A stretch of DNA of 64,000 nt from positions 64,001 to 128,000 of the forward strand of contig CAWHOE010000053.1 of NCBI GenBank assembly GCA_963830915.1, written 5' to 3'. This document shows positions 9,797 to 19,586 of the stretch, in pieces; positions within the stretch are counted from its first letter, which is position 1, and every line of letters starts with the position of its first letter. The notes beneath the pieces were generated by a model. That model did not search any database. It saw nothing but the letters and a program-made list of their open reading frames with translations, and was not told where the DNA came from. Both the position numbers and the translations under genes were made by a program. This stretch comes from a candidate division FCPU426 bacterium (GTDB taxonomy: Bacteria > Oederibacteriota > Muellerivitia > Muellerivitales > Muellerivitaceae).

Positions 9797-10830
9797 CAGG
9801 TTTCCTCCGCCAGGATTTCATCTGCCTGGTTTTGGCTAATCTTTTTGGCTGTCACCAGGGCCTTGAGAGAGGCTTCCATGGTCTGCATACCTGAGGCGGC
9901 CCCAGTAGCGATAATGGAAGGAAGTTTATGGAATTCCCCGTCCCGGACCGTATTGGAAATAGCCAGGCTGTTGGCTAATATCTCGAACGCCGGAACCATG
10001 CCCGTACCCTCAGCGTTGACCAGAAAACGTTGGGATATGATCCCCACCAAATTCTCGGCCAGGCTGACCAGCGCCTGGTTCTGCTCAGCCGCCGGAAAAA
10101 GACTGACGACCCGGGAAATGGTGGCGGTTGCGGAGCCGGTGTGCAGGGTGCCGATGACCAAATGCCCTGTCTCGGCGGCGGTGAGGGCCAGGCTCATGGT
10201 CTCGTGGTCGCGCATCTCACCCACCATGATGACATCCGGGTCCTCGCGCAAGGCGCTCCTCAGGGCGCTAGTGAAACTGGCCGTATGGGGTCCCACGCTC
10301 CTTTGGTTGACCAGGGACTTTTTCCTTTGGTGGATATATTCGATAGGGTCCTCGATGGTGATAATGTTATACTCGCTGGTGGTGTTCAAATAGTCGACCA
10401 AAGCGGCGCAGGTGGTGGATTTGCCACAGCGGCCCGGCCCCGTGATGAGGATAATTCCCTGGTTGGCATCAGCGAATTTTTTGAGGATTCCAGGCAGGCC
10501 CATTTCCTCGATGGAATGGACCTTGGAACTGAAGTGGCGGAAAACCGCGTCCCACCCCCGGCGCTGGCGGAAGGCGTTGAGGCGGAACCGTTCTCCATTA
10601 GCCAGGGTGTAGGTGCCATCCACTTCCCACTCTTCCTTCAGGCGGCCCAAAAGGGAGGGATCCAAGGCCTCGTTGATCATGGCCTCTGACTCCTCTGCGG
10701 AAAGGGGTTCTTCCATCATGGGTTTCAACTTGCCTAATTGACGGACGCAGATGGGAGATCCCGCGGCGATATGAAGGTCGGAAGCTTTCAGATCGATGCA
10801 GGCTTGCAGGAATTGGTCGACTTTGGGCAT
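9796..10830 (-). CDS. pilT: Type IV pilus retraction ATPase PilT/PilU family (second paralogue)
   Basis: ASDLHI, GPGRCGKSTT, TIEDPIE, REDPDVIMVGEMRD, AAETGHLVIGTLHT; stop/start overlap with the downstream paralogue. Confidence 0.9.
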   Translation of the reverse strand: MPKVDQFLQACIDLKASDLHIAAGSPICVRQLGKLKPMMEEPLSAEESEAMINEALDPSLLGRLKEEWEVDGTYTLANGERFRLNAFRQRRGWDAVFRHFSSKVHSIEEMGLPGILKKFADANQGIILITGPGRCGKSTTCAALVDYLNTTSEYNIITIEDPIEYIHQRKKSLVNQRSVGPHTASFTSALRSALREDPDVIMVGEMRDHETMSLALTAAETGHLVIGTLHTGSATATISRVVSLFPAAEQNQALVSLAENLVGIISQRFLVNAEGTGMVPAFEILANSLAISNTVRDGEFHKLPSIIATGAASGMQTMEASLKALVTAKKISQNQADEILAEET

Positions 10831-10941
10831 GGTTCATTCTTTTGAGTAAATTAACGACTGAGATCAAGAAAGAAATCGTCCGGCAGCGAAGAAGACCGAC
10901 TTTGGACATATTACACCGATGAACTTCTGAAAAGAAATATC

Positions 10942-11640
10942 TTAAGCTGGTTTCGTTGGGATTACAAAAAAGAGGATGGCGAAATAATGGCAGACGCTTC
11001 CCGCCAGGACGAATAAGTGCCAAATGGCATGGTGGTGTTGGAACTTTTTCCAAAGGTAAAAGATTGCCCCGAAGCTATAAAAAACACCTCCCAATAAAAG
11101 CAAATAAAGCCCTCCCTTAGGTAAGGCGGCAACGAGGGGTTTGATGGCCAAGATGATCATCCAGCTCATGCCCAAATAAACGAGGGTGGAGACAAGCTTG
11201 AAACGCCCGGTAAAAAAGGCTTTGAAGGTGATGCCCGCCGCCGCCAAACCCCAGACCACCCCGAAGAGAGACCAACCCCAGGCGCCCCGCAAGGTAACCA
11301 GCATGAAGGGGGTATAGGTGCCGGCGATGAGAAGGAATATGGCTGAATGGTCCAGAATTTCAAAGACATATTTGACCCGGGGCGACCGGAAGGAGTGGTA
11401 AAGGGTGGAGATGACGAACAAGAGGATCAGGGTTCCGCCGTAGACGCTACAGCTGACGATGTGCCAAGCGTTCCCCCTTAAGCAGGCCATGACGATCAAG
11501 ACCACCGTTCCCCCAATGGCCAAAGCCGCCGAAACACCGTGGGTCCAGCTGTTGGCCAGTTCTTGAATGGGAGTGTATTGGGAGGCTGGGGGGTATTTGA
11601 GAGAACGGCTCAGTGGGGATATCTTAGGTTTGCGATACAA
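10942..11640 (-). CDS. Hemolysin III / PAQR family membrane protein
   Basis: ELANSWTHG, STLYH, DHSAIFLLIAGTYTPF, HAIWHLFVL..S.CHY motifs. Start uncertain; the TTG at 11640 avoids overlap with the upstream gene. Confidence 0.88.
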   Translation of the reverse strand: MYRKPKISPLSRSLKYPPASQYTPIQELANSWTHGVSAALAIGGTVVLIVMACLRGNAWHIVSCSVYGGTLILLFVISTLYHSFRSPRVKYVFEILDHSAIFLLIAGTYTPFMLVTLRGAWGWSLFGVVWGLAAAGITFKAFFTGRFKLVSTLVYLGMSWMIILAIKPLVAALPKGGLYLLLLGGVFYSFGAIFYLWKKFQHHHAIWHLFVLAGSVCHYFAILFFVIPTKPA

Positions 11641-11656
11641 AGCTTTTTTTATTTTT

Positions 11657-12469
11657 TTAGGCGTGATGGTCCTCCAGATGCTGGTGGGGATGGCTGTGAA
11701 TCTCCCCGTGGTGCCAGTGTGGATGGGTGTGGATAAGATTATTCGCCTCCAAAAGCTTCGTGTCACGCATTATTTCCTCGGGAGTGCCATGCCCGGCCAG
11801 CGTACCCCCAGGTGTGAAAACAAATATTTCGTCCGACAGGTCCTCCACGAAATGGGTGTCGTGCGTGGCCGTGACCAGGGTCTTACCCTCGTTCGAGGCC
11901 GTCAAAAGCATTTCCAGGATCTGGGCGGTGGTCTTGGGGTCCAACCCGGCGGTGGGCTCGTCCAACAGCAGGATTTCCGGATCCACGACCAGGGTGGAAG
12001 CGAAAGCGACCTTTCGTTTCTCCCCCACGCTCAACTGATGGGGCGAGCGATCCAATAGACGGGTGAAGCGCAGTTTTTCAGCGAGATCTTCCATTTTTTT
12101 ACGGGCTACTTCCGGGCCCATCCCTAGTTGCAAGGGACCGAAGAGGATATCTTCCCTCACCGTGGGACAGAATAGCTGGATATCCGGGTTCTGGAATACC
12201 AATCCCACCTTGCGGCGGAAACCCCTGGAAAATTCCACGTCCTTGAAATTCGATTCCTTTAATTCCGTTCCGTTGAAAACCACCCGGCCTTTATCCGAAA
12301 AGATCAGGGCGTCCAGAAGATTCAACAGGGTGGACTTGCCGCAGCCGTTGGCGCCCATGAAAGTGACGCGCTTTCCCCGGGTGATGGTCATGTCCACGCC
12401 GGAGAGGGCGGGGAACCGCCCCAGATAGGCGTAATGGACGTTTTCCAGTTCGAAGAGGACCTGGCTCAT
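11657..12469 (-). CDS. cbiO: Ni/Co ECF transporter ATP-binding subunit (CbiO/NikO) with His-rich tail
   Basis: GANGCGKST, FQNPD.QLF, LSVGEKRK, LLDEPT, ATHD; C-terminal HTHPHWHHGEIHSHPHQH. Confidence 0.92.
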   Translation of the reverse strand: MSQVLFELENVHYAYLGRFPALSGVDMTITRGKRVTFMGANGCGKSTLLNLLDALIFSDKGRVVFNGTELKESNFKDVEFSRGFRRKVGLVFQNPDIQLFCPTVREDILFGPLQLGMGPEVARKKMEDLAEKLRFTRLLDRSPHQLSVGEKRKVAFASTLVVDPEILLLDEPTAGLDPKTTAQILEMLLTASNEGKTLVTATHDTHFVEDLSDEIFVFTPGGTLAGHGTPEEIMRDTKLLEANNLIHTHPHWHHGEIHSHPHQHLEDHHA

Positions 12470-13293
12470 GAACCCGCCCATTTCCGGGCCGCGAAAAAGC
12501 CCAGGAGGATGGAACCGACAATGGCGAGGAAAAACCAATCCCGGGCTCGGGTCTTGAGATCATCGGCCAGAACCGGCTCGCCCTGGAAACCCCTGGAAAG
12601 CATGGCTTGATAGACCCGATCGCTCATTTGATGGGACCTGATCCAGAGATGGGCCATGTTCCAGGCCACCAATCGGCGGCCCTTACCTTCCGGCATGACG
12701 TTCCCCACCCGGCTCTGCACTGCCCGGTGGGTGTTTTCCAATATCTCCATGAAAAGATAGATGTAGCGGTAAGCCATGCCCATCACCAGCACGAATATCT
12801 GGGGAATACCGAAAACCCGGAGGGTTTTTAGAAGGGCGAAGTGACGGGTCGTGAGGGTGAGAAGCAAGCCCAGTGACACCGAATCCGCGACTCGAAGTGT
12901 GAAGAGAGCGACGGCCCATAGCCCCTGGCGGGTGATGGAAAGGTTATCCATTCTCAGGACCGTTTCCCCCGGGCTCACCTGTGAAAAAAGTGCGGGCAAT
13001 ACCACGAACAAGGAGAAAAGAGGGATAAAAAACCAGGTCCGGACCAGGAAAAAAGGAAGAGACAGTCTTGAGGCGAGGGCCAGCAGGATCACTAGGATAT
13101 AGAGAGCTCCTAATAGCGTGAGACTTTTCAGGAACAAGACCGTGAGGATCATCATGAGGAGTGAGAGTACCCGGACCCTCGGGTCAAGCGATTGGAGCAT
13201 ACCCTTCCGGTTGGCGGTTTCCTCGGCGAAGAGCGACTCTTTTAGAAGGGAAAGGGCGCTTCGAAGGGTGCGTTGGATAAAGGAACCGTTCAT
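12466..13293 (-). CDS. cbiQ: Ni/Co ECF transporter T component (CbiQ/NikQ)
   Basis: LDPRVR, AYRYIY, A.QSR and AMLSRGF motifs; overlaps cbiO by 4 bp. Confidence 0.9.
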   Translation of the reverse strand: MNGSFIQRTLRSALSLLKESLFAEETANRKGMLQSLDPRVRVLSLLMMILTVLFLKSLTLLGALYILVILLALASRLSLPFFLVRTWFFIPLFSLFVVLPALFSQVSPGETVLRMDNLSITRQGLWAVALFTLRVADSVSLGLLLTLTTRHFALLKTLRVFGIPQIFVLVMGMAYRYIYLFMEILENTHRAVQSRVGNVMPEGKGRRLVAWNMAHLWIRSHQMSDRVYQAMLSRGFQGEPVLADDLKTRARDWFFLAIVGSILLGFFAARKWAGS

Positions 13294-13297
13294 GGGT

Positions 13298-13633
13298 TCA
13301 TTTCCCTTTCTTGGATAACAAGCGCCCAGCCAACCATGCGAAAAGAGCTACCAAACCAGCACCTAAAAAAGCCGAGAAGATGTAGGCGAAACTCAAGGAA
13401 CCCAACCCTTTCCCTTCCCAACCTTTGAAGCTGTAATCCGGCAAGGGCGCTTTCCAAATTTCGCTGAACTTTTTCAGGCCCTCCGGTACGTAACCGGCTA
13501 TCTTTTGTATTTCCGCCGAGTCCCATTCACCCCAGGCCGAGCCAGCCTTGAAAAGATTGGGAATGACCAGCCCCAGGGGACATAGGAGCCCCAGCAGTCC
13601 CAAACCGATCCAGAGTTTCTTGGAAGTTTTCAT
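13298..13633 (-). CDS. PDGLE-domain/NikN-like accessory membrane protein of the ECF transporter
   Basis: Two TM helices flanking AWGEW...APLPDY; lies between cbiM and cbiQ. Confidence 0.82.
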   Translation of the reverse strand: MKTSKKLWIGLGLLGLLCPLGLVIPNLFKAGSAWGEWDSAEIQKIAGYVPEGLKKFSEIWKAPLPDYSFKGWEGKGLGSLSFAYIFSAFLGAGLVALFAWLAGRLLSKKGK

Positions 13634-14313
13634 GGAAGGGCTTCCCCTTCGAACAATTCCGGGGAATATTGATGGAGGTACTTCACCACCAGCGCCGTCA
13701 CGACCGCCTCCACCCAACTGAAGACCAGCATATGGCCTCCCAACATAGCGGGAACGGTGACCGACAGGCCGTAGGGACAATAAAGGGCGTGGCCGTCTGG
13801 AGCGTGGTGTAGAAGCGGCTGGAGACCGAACTCAATCCCAGCCATTGCCGAAGCCAGAGAAAGACCTACGTAACCGCCAATTCCCGCCGCCCAAATCCGC
13901 CGGGCAGACCTGGGTTTGGCCTTCCCTGACACCCACTGGTAAATATTATAACCGGTGAATGGCAAGATGACCGCCATGTTAAGGCAATTGGCCCCATAAG
14001 CCGTGATACCTCCGTCGCCGAATAGAAGCGCCTGCACCGCCAACGCGATGGAAACGGCGATGACCGCGGCCCAGGGCCCCAAAAGGATGGCCACCAGCGC
14101 CCCGCCCACGGCGTGGCCCGTGGTACCCCCTGGAATGGGCACGTTGAACATCATGATGAGGAAACTGAAGGCAGCCCCGATGGCCAACATCGGCACCTGC
14201 CTGGTTTCTAGGTTCTTCTTCACCTTGCGAGCCGCGACCGACCAGACCGGCGCCATGACGAGGTAACCCGCCGCGCAGGTGGTAGGGCCTAGATAACCAT
14301 CGGGAATGTGCAT
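13630..14313 (-). CDS. cbiM: Ni/Co ECF transporter substrate-binding component (CbiM/NikM)
   Basis: N-terminal MHIPDGYL metal-binding motif, GTTGHAVG, QALLFGDGG..A.GAN. Confidence 0.95.
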   Translation of the reverse strand: MHIPDGYLGPTTCAAGYLVMAPVWSVAARKVKKNLETRQVPMLAIGAAFSFLIMMFNVPIPGGTTGHAVGGALVAILLGPWAAVIAVSIALAVQALLFGDGGITAYGANCLNMAVILPFTGYNIYQWVSGKAKPRSARRIWAAGIGGYVGLSLASAMAGIEFGLQPLLHHAPDGHALYCPYGLSVTVPAMLGGHMLVFSWVEAVVTALVVKYLHQYSPELFEGEALP

Positions 14314-14402
14314 GATCCATCCTTTAGAATCTTCTGGATTCTAACGGATTGGGAGAGGTCAAACCCTGACCGCAATCATACATTTTTTATTATTCACGTT
14401 TA

Positions 14403-15035
14403 TTAAGATTGTTCTTTCAACCGGTCAAATATGCGCTGGCCTTCTACCTCATCCAACAGGGTCCATTCCTGAGACCCTTCCTCGTAATACAAGACATCCA
14501 GATGCCGGATATCGAACCAGATGCCGTGAAGGGCCAAGTGCCGTTGGTTCATGGCTTGGGCCACGCTTGGATAACCCTTTAGGTGTCCCATCTGGGCAAG
14601 TACATTCTTTCGGGAAGCTTCGTTGACATCCAACCCCTTCCCTTCACCCGTAGCCGCCATATCCAGCCATTCCCTGAGAGCGCCTTCCGGAAGAGAATCA
14701 TGACCCTGTGTATGAGCGTGCATCGCGCCGCAATCGCTATGACCGCAGACAATGATGTTGCTTACACCCAGTTTGTTGATGGCGAAATCCACCGCGGCGG
14801 CCGTACCGGTCCCCCCGGCATGGCCGTAAGGCGGGACCAGGTTGCCGACATTACGCAGGACGAATAGGTCGCCCGGGTCGGTGGAGGCGAAGACATTCAC
14901 GGCCACGCGGCTGTCCGAGCAGGCGATGAAAAGGGCGTCGGGCTTTTGGCCCAGGGCCAGATGGGTAAAGGTATCGGCGTAATCCTGACGCCGTTCTAGC
15001 CTGAATCGAATGATCCCCTGGATGAGTTTTTTCAT
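14403..15035 (-). CDS. Beta-class carbonic anhydrase
   Basis: CSDSR, PGDLFVLRNVGN, CGHSDCGAM zinc-ligand motifs. Confidence 0.93.
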   Translation of the reverse strand: MKKLIQGIIRFRLERRQDYADTFTHLALGQKPDALFIACSDSRVAVNVFASTDPGDLFVLRNVGNLVPPYGHAGGTGTAAAVDFAINKLGVSNIIVCGHSDCGAMHAHTQGHDSLPEGALREWLDMAATGEGKGLDVNEASRKNVLAQMGHLKGYPSVAQAMNQRHLALHGIWFDIRHLDVLYYEEGSQEWTLLDEVEGQRIFDRLKEQS

Positions 15036-15092
15036 GGCCGACGCATTTTAAAAGGGAGCGAACAAAAATTGCAATGACCGGGAAATACTCGG

Positions 15093-16151
15093 CTAGGCGC
15101 CGATAAGAGGGTTTTCGAAGGTACAAACCCCCACTTGATTCCGTCCATCCCGCTTGGCGCTGTAAAGGGCTTTATCGACCTGAGCAACCACCATATCCAT
15201 GTCCATATTCATTCCCTTGGAAGTCACCCCCACTCCCAGGCTCATGGTGATGTTGACGATTCCCCTGGGAGTCACGATCTTTTCCTGTCCGATCGCCTGA
15301 CGGATGCGCTCGGCGACCTTGGCGGCTGTGGCCTGATCCGCGCCCGGAAGGAGGATCATGAATTCCTCGCCCCCGTACCTTCCCGCCGCGTCCGAAGCCC
15401 GCAGGCAAGAACGGATACGTTGAGCCGACTCCACCAGCACCACATCCCCGACCGGATGGCCGAATGTATCGTTGACGGACTTGAAGTGATCCAGGTCCGC
15501 CAGGATGATGCCTACCGATTGCCCCGATGGTTCCGCTTTTTTCAATTCCGAGTACAGGATCTCCAGGATCGCCCCCCTGTTCCAAAGTCGGGTCAGTGAA
15601 TCCACCAGGGCCTGGCTTCGGAACTTATCCCTTTCTCTTAAGAGTTCCTGATGGGTTTGATGGATACGCACCACGCCCAGTTCGGATTCCACCAGGGCGG
15701 CCAGATCGCTGAACGCGGAAAGGTCGTTTTCGTCCAATTCCCTGGGGCGGTCATCGATCAAACAAAGAACGCCCAGACGATGGCCCTTTGGTCCGGTTAA
15801 GGGATGGCCGGCGTAGAACCGAATGTGGGGTTCCCCTTTTACGAATGGATTGTCCTTGAAGCGTTCATCCTTGAATGTATCCGGGACGATCATAGCTTTG
15901 GTATCCAGGATGGCATAAGCGCAGAAGGAAATCTCACGGGGCGACTCGGAGGCGCTCAACCCTTGAGCCGACTTAAACCAAACCCGGTCACTATCCACCA
16001 GGGAAATCAAGGCTACCGGAACGTTGAACAGTTTGGTGGCCAATCGGGTAAGACGATCGAACCTCTCCTCGGCTGGCGTGTCCAGCAGATGAAGGCTGAC
16101 CAATTCTTGCAAACGTTCCCCCTCATCGGGAGGTAAAGCGGGGGCTAACAT
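15093..16151 (-). CDS. GAF-sensor diguanylate cyclase
   Basis: GAF (RFDRLTRLA...SFCAYAI...IRFYAG.PL) plus GGDEF domain (DLDHFKSVNDTFGH..GD, RYGGEEF). Confidence 0.93.
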   Translation of the reverse strand: MLAPALPPDEGERLQELVSLHLLDTPAEERFDRLTRLATKLFNVPVALISLVDSDRVWFKSAQGLSASESPREISFCAYAILDTKAMIVPDTFKDERFKDNPFVKGEPHIRFYAGHPLTGPKGHRLGVLCLIDDRPRELDENDLSAFSDLAALVESELGVVRIHQTHQELLRERDKFRSQALVDSLTRLWNRGAILEILYSELKKAEPSGQSVGIILADLDHFKSVNDTFGHPVGDVVLVESAQRIRSCLRASDAAGRYGGEEFMILLPGADQATAAKVAERIRQAIGQEKIVTPRGIVNITMSLGVGVTSKGMNMDMDMVVAQVDKALYSAKRDGRNQVGVCTFENPLIGA

Positions 16152-16359
16152 GAAAACTTCTCCTGAAACTTTGACCCCCATAAGGTTTCGGGGATTTTGT
16201 AACACCAATTTAAACTGGTAGTTTTCAAATAGACAGGGGGGGTGGAGATAATTAACAAGAAAATTTCTTGGGGATTTAAAAAAGTCGATTCCCGCCGTAA
16301 AACCACCCCAAAAAGTGAAAAAGCTCCCTGAAATCGAGAAAAATCATTCCAATCAGCCC

Positions 16360-16389
16360 TTGTCAGTCATATTTCCCATCTGTTTTAAT
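16360..16389 (+). promoter_or_regulatory. Putative sigma70-type promoter of the alcohol dehydrogenase gene
   Basis: TTGTCA-18-TTTAAT with extended TG; GGAGG SD downstream. Confidence 0.4.
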
Positions 16390-16426
16390 CTTAGGCGCTA
16401 GAACCCAACCCATCCCGGAGGATGTT

Positions 16427-17476
16427 ATGCCGTCCGTCAAAGCCTATGCCGCCTCAAAAGCCAAAGCCCTTTTGGGTCCTTACCAGATCGAACGCAAGGA
16501 ACCGGGCCCTCACGATGTGGTCATCGACATACTCTATTGCGGGGTCTGTCACTCGGACCTCCACCAAGTAAGGGACGAGTGGGGCGGGAGCCTCTTCCCC
16601 ATGGTCCCAGGCCACGAGATCGTGGGAAAGGTCGCCAAGGCCGGTTATCTGGCCAAGCATCACAAGGTCGGTGACCGGGTGGGCGTTGGTTGTTTCATCG
16701 AATCCTGTCGTCATTGTGAGCCATGCCGAAAAGGTCTGGAGCAATTCTGTGAGGGTCATCTCACCATGACCTATAACGGTTTGGAAAAGGATGGAAAGAC
16801 CCCGACCTACGGAGGTTACTCCACCCAGATCGTGGTGGACGAGCGTTATGTCCTGAAGATCCCCGCCAACCTGCCCTTGGAAAAGGCTGCTCCCCTTCTT
16901 TGCGCGGGCATCACCACCTACTCCCCCCTGAAAGAGTGGAAGGTCAAGGCGGGACAGAATGTGGGCGTGATCGGCCTGGGTGGGCTGGGCCACATGGCCG
17001 TCAAACTGGCTTCCGCCCTGGGAGCGGAAGTGACGGTTTTCAGCACTTCTGACCGGAAAAAAGAGGACGCCAAACGCATGGGAGCCGACCATTTTGTCAT
17101 CACCACCGGAGAGGGAGCCCTCAAGAACCTGATGGGAACCTTCGATTTCATCATCAATACCGCCTCAGGGAATACGGACCTGGACAAATACCTGATGTTA
17201 TTGAAACGCGACCGCACCATGGTCCTGGTCGGCGCCCCCGAAAAGCCCGGGGTCTTGAACGCCTTCCCCCTCATCCTGAAACGCCGCCGCCTGGCCGGAT
17301 CCCTCATCGGTGGCATCAAAGAAACCCAGCAGATGCTGAACTTTTGTGGCAAGAAAAACATCACCTCCGACGTGGAGGTTATCCCCATGGAAAAGATCAA
17401 CGAAGCTTATGAGCGCATGTTGAAAGGGGACGTTCGCTACCGTTTCGTGATCGATATGGCCTCCCTGAAAAGCTAA
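16427..17476 (+). CDS. NAD(P)-dependent Zn alcohol dehydrogenase (cinnamyl alcohol dehydrogenase/YahK-like)
   Basis: CGVCHSD, PGHEIVG, SCRHCEPC...C, APLLCAGITTYSPL, GLGGLGH, RYRFVID. Confidence 0.95.
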   Translation: MPSVKAYAASKAKALLGPYQIERKEPGPHDVVIDILYCGVCHSDLHQVRDEWGGSLFPMVPGHEIVGKVAKAGYLAKHHKVGDRVGVGCFIESCRHCEPCRKGLEQFCEGHLTMTYNGLEKDGKTPTYGGYSTQIVVDERYVLKIPANLPLEKAAPLLCAGITTYSPLKEWKVKAGQNVGVIGLGGLGHMAVKLASALGAEVTVFSTSDRKKEDAKRMGADHFVITTGEGALKNLMGTFDFIINTASGNTDLDKYLMLLKRDRTMVLVGAPEKPGVLNAFPLILKRRRLAGSLIGGIKETQQMLNFCGKKNITSDVEVIPMEKINEAYERMLKGDVRYRFVIDMASLKS

Positions 17477-17580
17477 TTTCTTCCCTTCGCCCTTTTTAAG
17501 AGTTATGATGAGTGCTCTATCAGGGGCAGAGCTTATTTTGGACCGCTTGGAAGCGGACACCTATTCTTCGGGAGGACCCA

Positions 17581-18081
17581 ATGGCCATCATCCGCAAGGA
17601 AGCCAAAGTCGCCAGTTTCTTGAAAGAAGTGAATCTGTTCGAGGGATTGGAAAAGAAAGTCATCAATGACATTTTCAAGCTGGGTCTGGTCCAGAACTTC
17701 AAGACTGGGGACCTGATCATCCGGGAAGGCCAACCGGGAGGTAATCTGCACATCCTGATCGCCGGAAAAGCGGAAGTGTTGAAAGCGGTCAAAGGCAAAA
17801 AGAATGGGAAACGTCTTTCCACGCTGGACCGAGGTTCTGTTTTCGGTGAAATGAGCATCTTCGACGGAGCCCCTTCCTCAGCCACCATCCGAGCGATGGC
17901 GGAATGTGACATTCACATCATCCGCGGGTCGGATTTCGACCAATACCTAAAAGCCAACCCCAAGGTGGCTTACGAGGTACTTCGGACGCTCATCTGCTCT
18001 ATCTCCAACCGTTTCGCAGGGCCAACCTGGCCATATCGCTCACCAGCAAGGGTTGAATTAGATCCTAGCCGTAAAATATAA
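17581..18081 (+). CDS. Stand-alone cyclic-nucleotide-binding domain protein; probable 1-nt deletion near 18013 (restored stop 18054-18056)
   Basis: LFEGL...IIREGQPG...G.AEV...FGEMSIFD..P.SATIRA. The shifted frame gives NR[L]RRANL. Confidence 0.85.
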   Translation: MAIIRKEAKVASFLKEVNLFEGLEKKVINDIFKLGLVQNFKTGDLIIREGQPGGNLHILIAGKAEVLKAVKGKKNGKRLSTLDRGSVFGEMSIFDGAPSSATIRAMAECDIHIIRGSDFDQYLKANPKVAYEVLRTLICSISNRFAGPTWPYRSPARVELDPSRKI

Positions 18082-18116
18082 AAGGCCGGACCCTTCAGGG
18101 TCCGGCCTTTTATATT
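18075..18116. terminator. Bidirectional intrinsic terminator
   Basis: AATATAAAAGGCCGGACCC-TTCA-GGGTCCGGCCTTTTATATT perfect hairpin between convergent genes. Confidence 0.88.
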
Positions 18117-18142
18117 CCGGGAAAACTTGTTTTAAAAAGTTT

Positions 18143-18907
18143 TTATTTTGGGGGAGCAATGAACTGGGTCGTCACGTCCCCGTTGAAGGCCATCACCCCC
18201 ACATGGGTCAGGCGGCTTTGCAGATCCACCCATATCTCCCCGCCCATATCCTTCCATCGCTTGCAGAAACTATAATCCTCGCTCAGATAGGTTCCCGTGG
18301 CCTCGTCGATAAGGCAGTTGAAAAGGGCGCAACGATACTTGGAATTCCTGAGCGGATCCTCCGCCTGGTGCTCTCGGGAATACCTCAAGTCCGAATAATG
18401 TTCCATCATGGAAAGAAGAGCCGCACGCTTGATCATCAAGAATCCCGTGCCTGCGTAGCGGGCCTTCGCGAAGCCGTTCTTGGCCTCGATCTTGGCCGGG
18501 TCCTCGAACTCCAGAACATAGGACAACGAGGATTGTTCCAGGGTTTTCACATCCGCCTTGGCCAATTGTGCGACCTTATCCCAATCGATCCTTTTAGTAG
18601 GATAGACTCCCGCCGCCACGTCCACGTTGAAATCCAGGAGCCTGAAGACTTGTTGGGGGTCGAAAGCGATATCCGCGTCGATGAAAAGCAGGTGGGTTCC
18701 GGCTGAGTTCTCCAGAAAATGGGCGAGGATATTCTGCCTCACCCGAGTGATCAAGGCGTCACCCCAGGGCATCAAAACGCTCATGTCGATCCCGCCCCTC
18801 TGGGCGCAGGCGTTCTGTAACCGCATCAGGGAAGTGGTGTAAACGCTGGCAACCTGGCCCCCGTAACAGGGTGTGCCGATGACAAGATGGGTTCTGGGGT
18901 CGCTCAC
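18143..18907 (-). CDS. GT-A fold nucleotide-diphospho-sugar transferase-like protein (TPCYGG family)
   Basis: TPCYGG, LITR.RQ, THLLFIDADI (DxD), GTGFLMIKR, YLSEDYSFC.RW...GG.IW.D, H.G. Confidence 0.75.
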   Translation of the reverse strand: MSDPRTHLVIGTPCYGGQVASVYTTSLMRLQNACAQRGGIDMSVLMPWGDALITRVRQNILAHFLENSAGTHLLFIDADIAFDPQQVFRLLDFNVDVAAGVYPTKRIDWDKVAQLAKADVKTLEQSSLSYVLEFEDPAKIEAKNGFAKARYAGTGFLMIKRAALLSMMEHYSDLRYSREHQAEDPLRNSKYRCALFNCLIDEATGTYLSEDYSFCKRWKDMGGEIWVDLQSRLTHVGVMAFNGDVTTQFIAPPK

Positions 18908-18976
18908 AATGAGGCGAGTTTAACGGACGCTTGGGAAGGGTTCAACGGAAAAAGGGCCAGTGGTCTTTGATCTGAC

Positions 18977-19507
18977 TCACTTGGTTTTCGTGGATGATTC
19001 TCGAAAAAGATCGATGATATTCTTGTGCTCTAGATACATATGCTCAAAGAGGGCGTCGTGGACATCAAAATCCCCCTCATCGTTGAGCCTTTTCAGCACT
19101 TCCTTGACGCAGTAATAACGCGGACCCGGACCCCCGCTCCTCAATTCTTCCTCATCCTTCCAAAATTCTTGAAGATCTTTGGAAATGCCCTGAACCGCCG
19201 TCCGGAAAGTTTCCACCTCCTGAGCGTCCGACATCCTCACCGTCGCGAGAACCCGGATGCATTCGAAAACATAATCCCGGATGACCGAATCCAGGAATTC
19301 CCTCTCGAACTCGGAGGCAATGATATCTTCCTTCAAGGTCTGAACTAGATTGCAATCGCTCAGGGCCAGGACCAGCTTGAAATACTCCCCGGTCCTGGAT
19401 GGGTCGGGATTCTTGATCTTCTGGAGTATTTCAATGGTTTCTTGAATGCCCGTTACCTTGACCAACTTCCGGGCTATGTCCAAACCGCTGGTTTTTTTGG
19501 AGAACAT
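18977..19507 (-). CDS. Hypothetical protein
   Basis: 176-aa ORF filling the gap on the same strand as its neighbours; no motif recognised. Confidence 0.6.
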   Translation of the reverse strand: MFSKKTSGLDIARKLVKVTGIQETIEILQKIKNPDPSRTGEYFKLVLALSDCNLVQTLKEDIIASEFEREFLDSVIRDYVFECIRVLATVRMSDAQEVETFRTAVQGISKDLQEFWKDEEELRSGGPGPRYYCVKEVLKRLNDEGDFDVHDALFEHMYLEHKNIIDLFRESSTKTK

Positions 19508-19586
19508 GGATTAAGTATACCCCCACACCTTGGAAGGCTTCCTTTTTAAACCCGCGGGAAAGTTTTCTATACGATCCTTATCAAGT

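Noticed and set aside
14376..14381. GTATGA NikR-like half-site upstream of cbiM (minus strand)
   Set aside because: No matching second half-site at 16-bp spacing.
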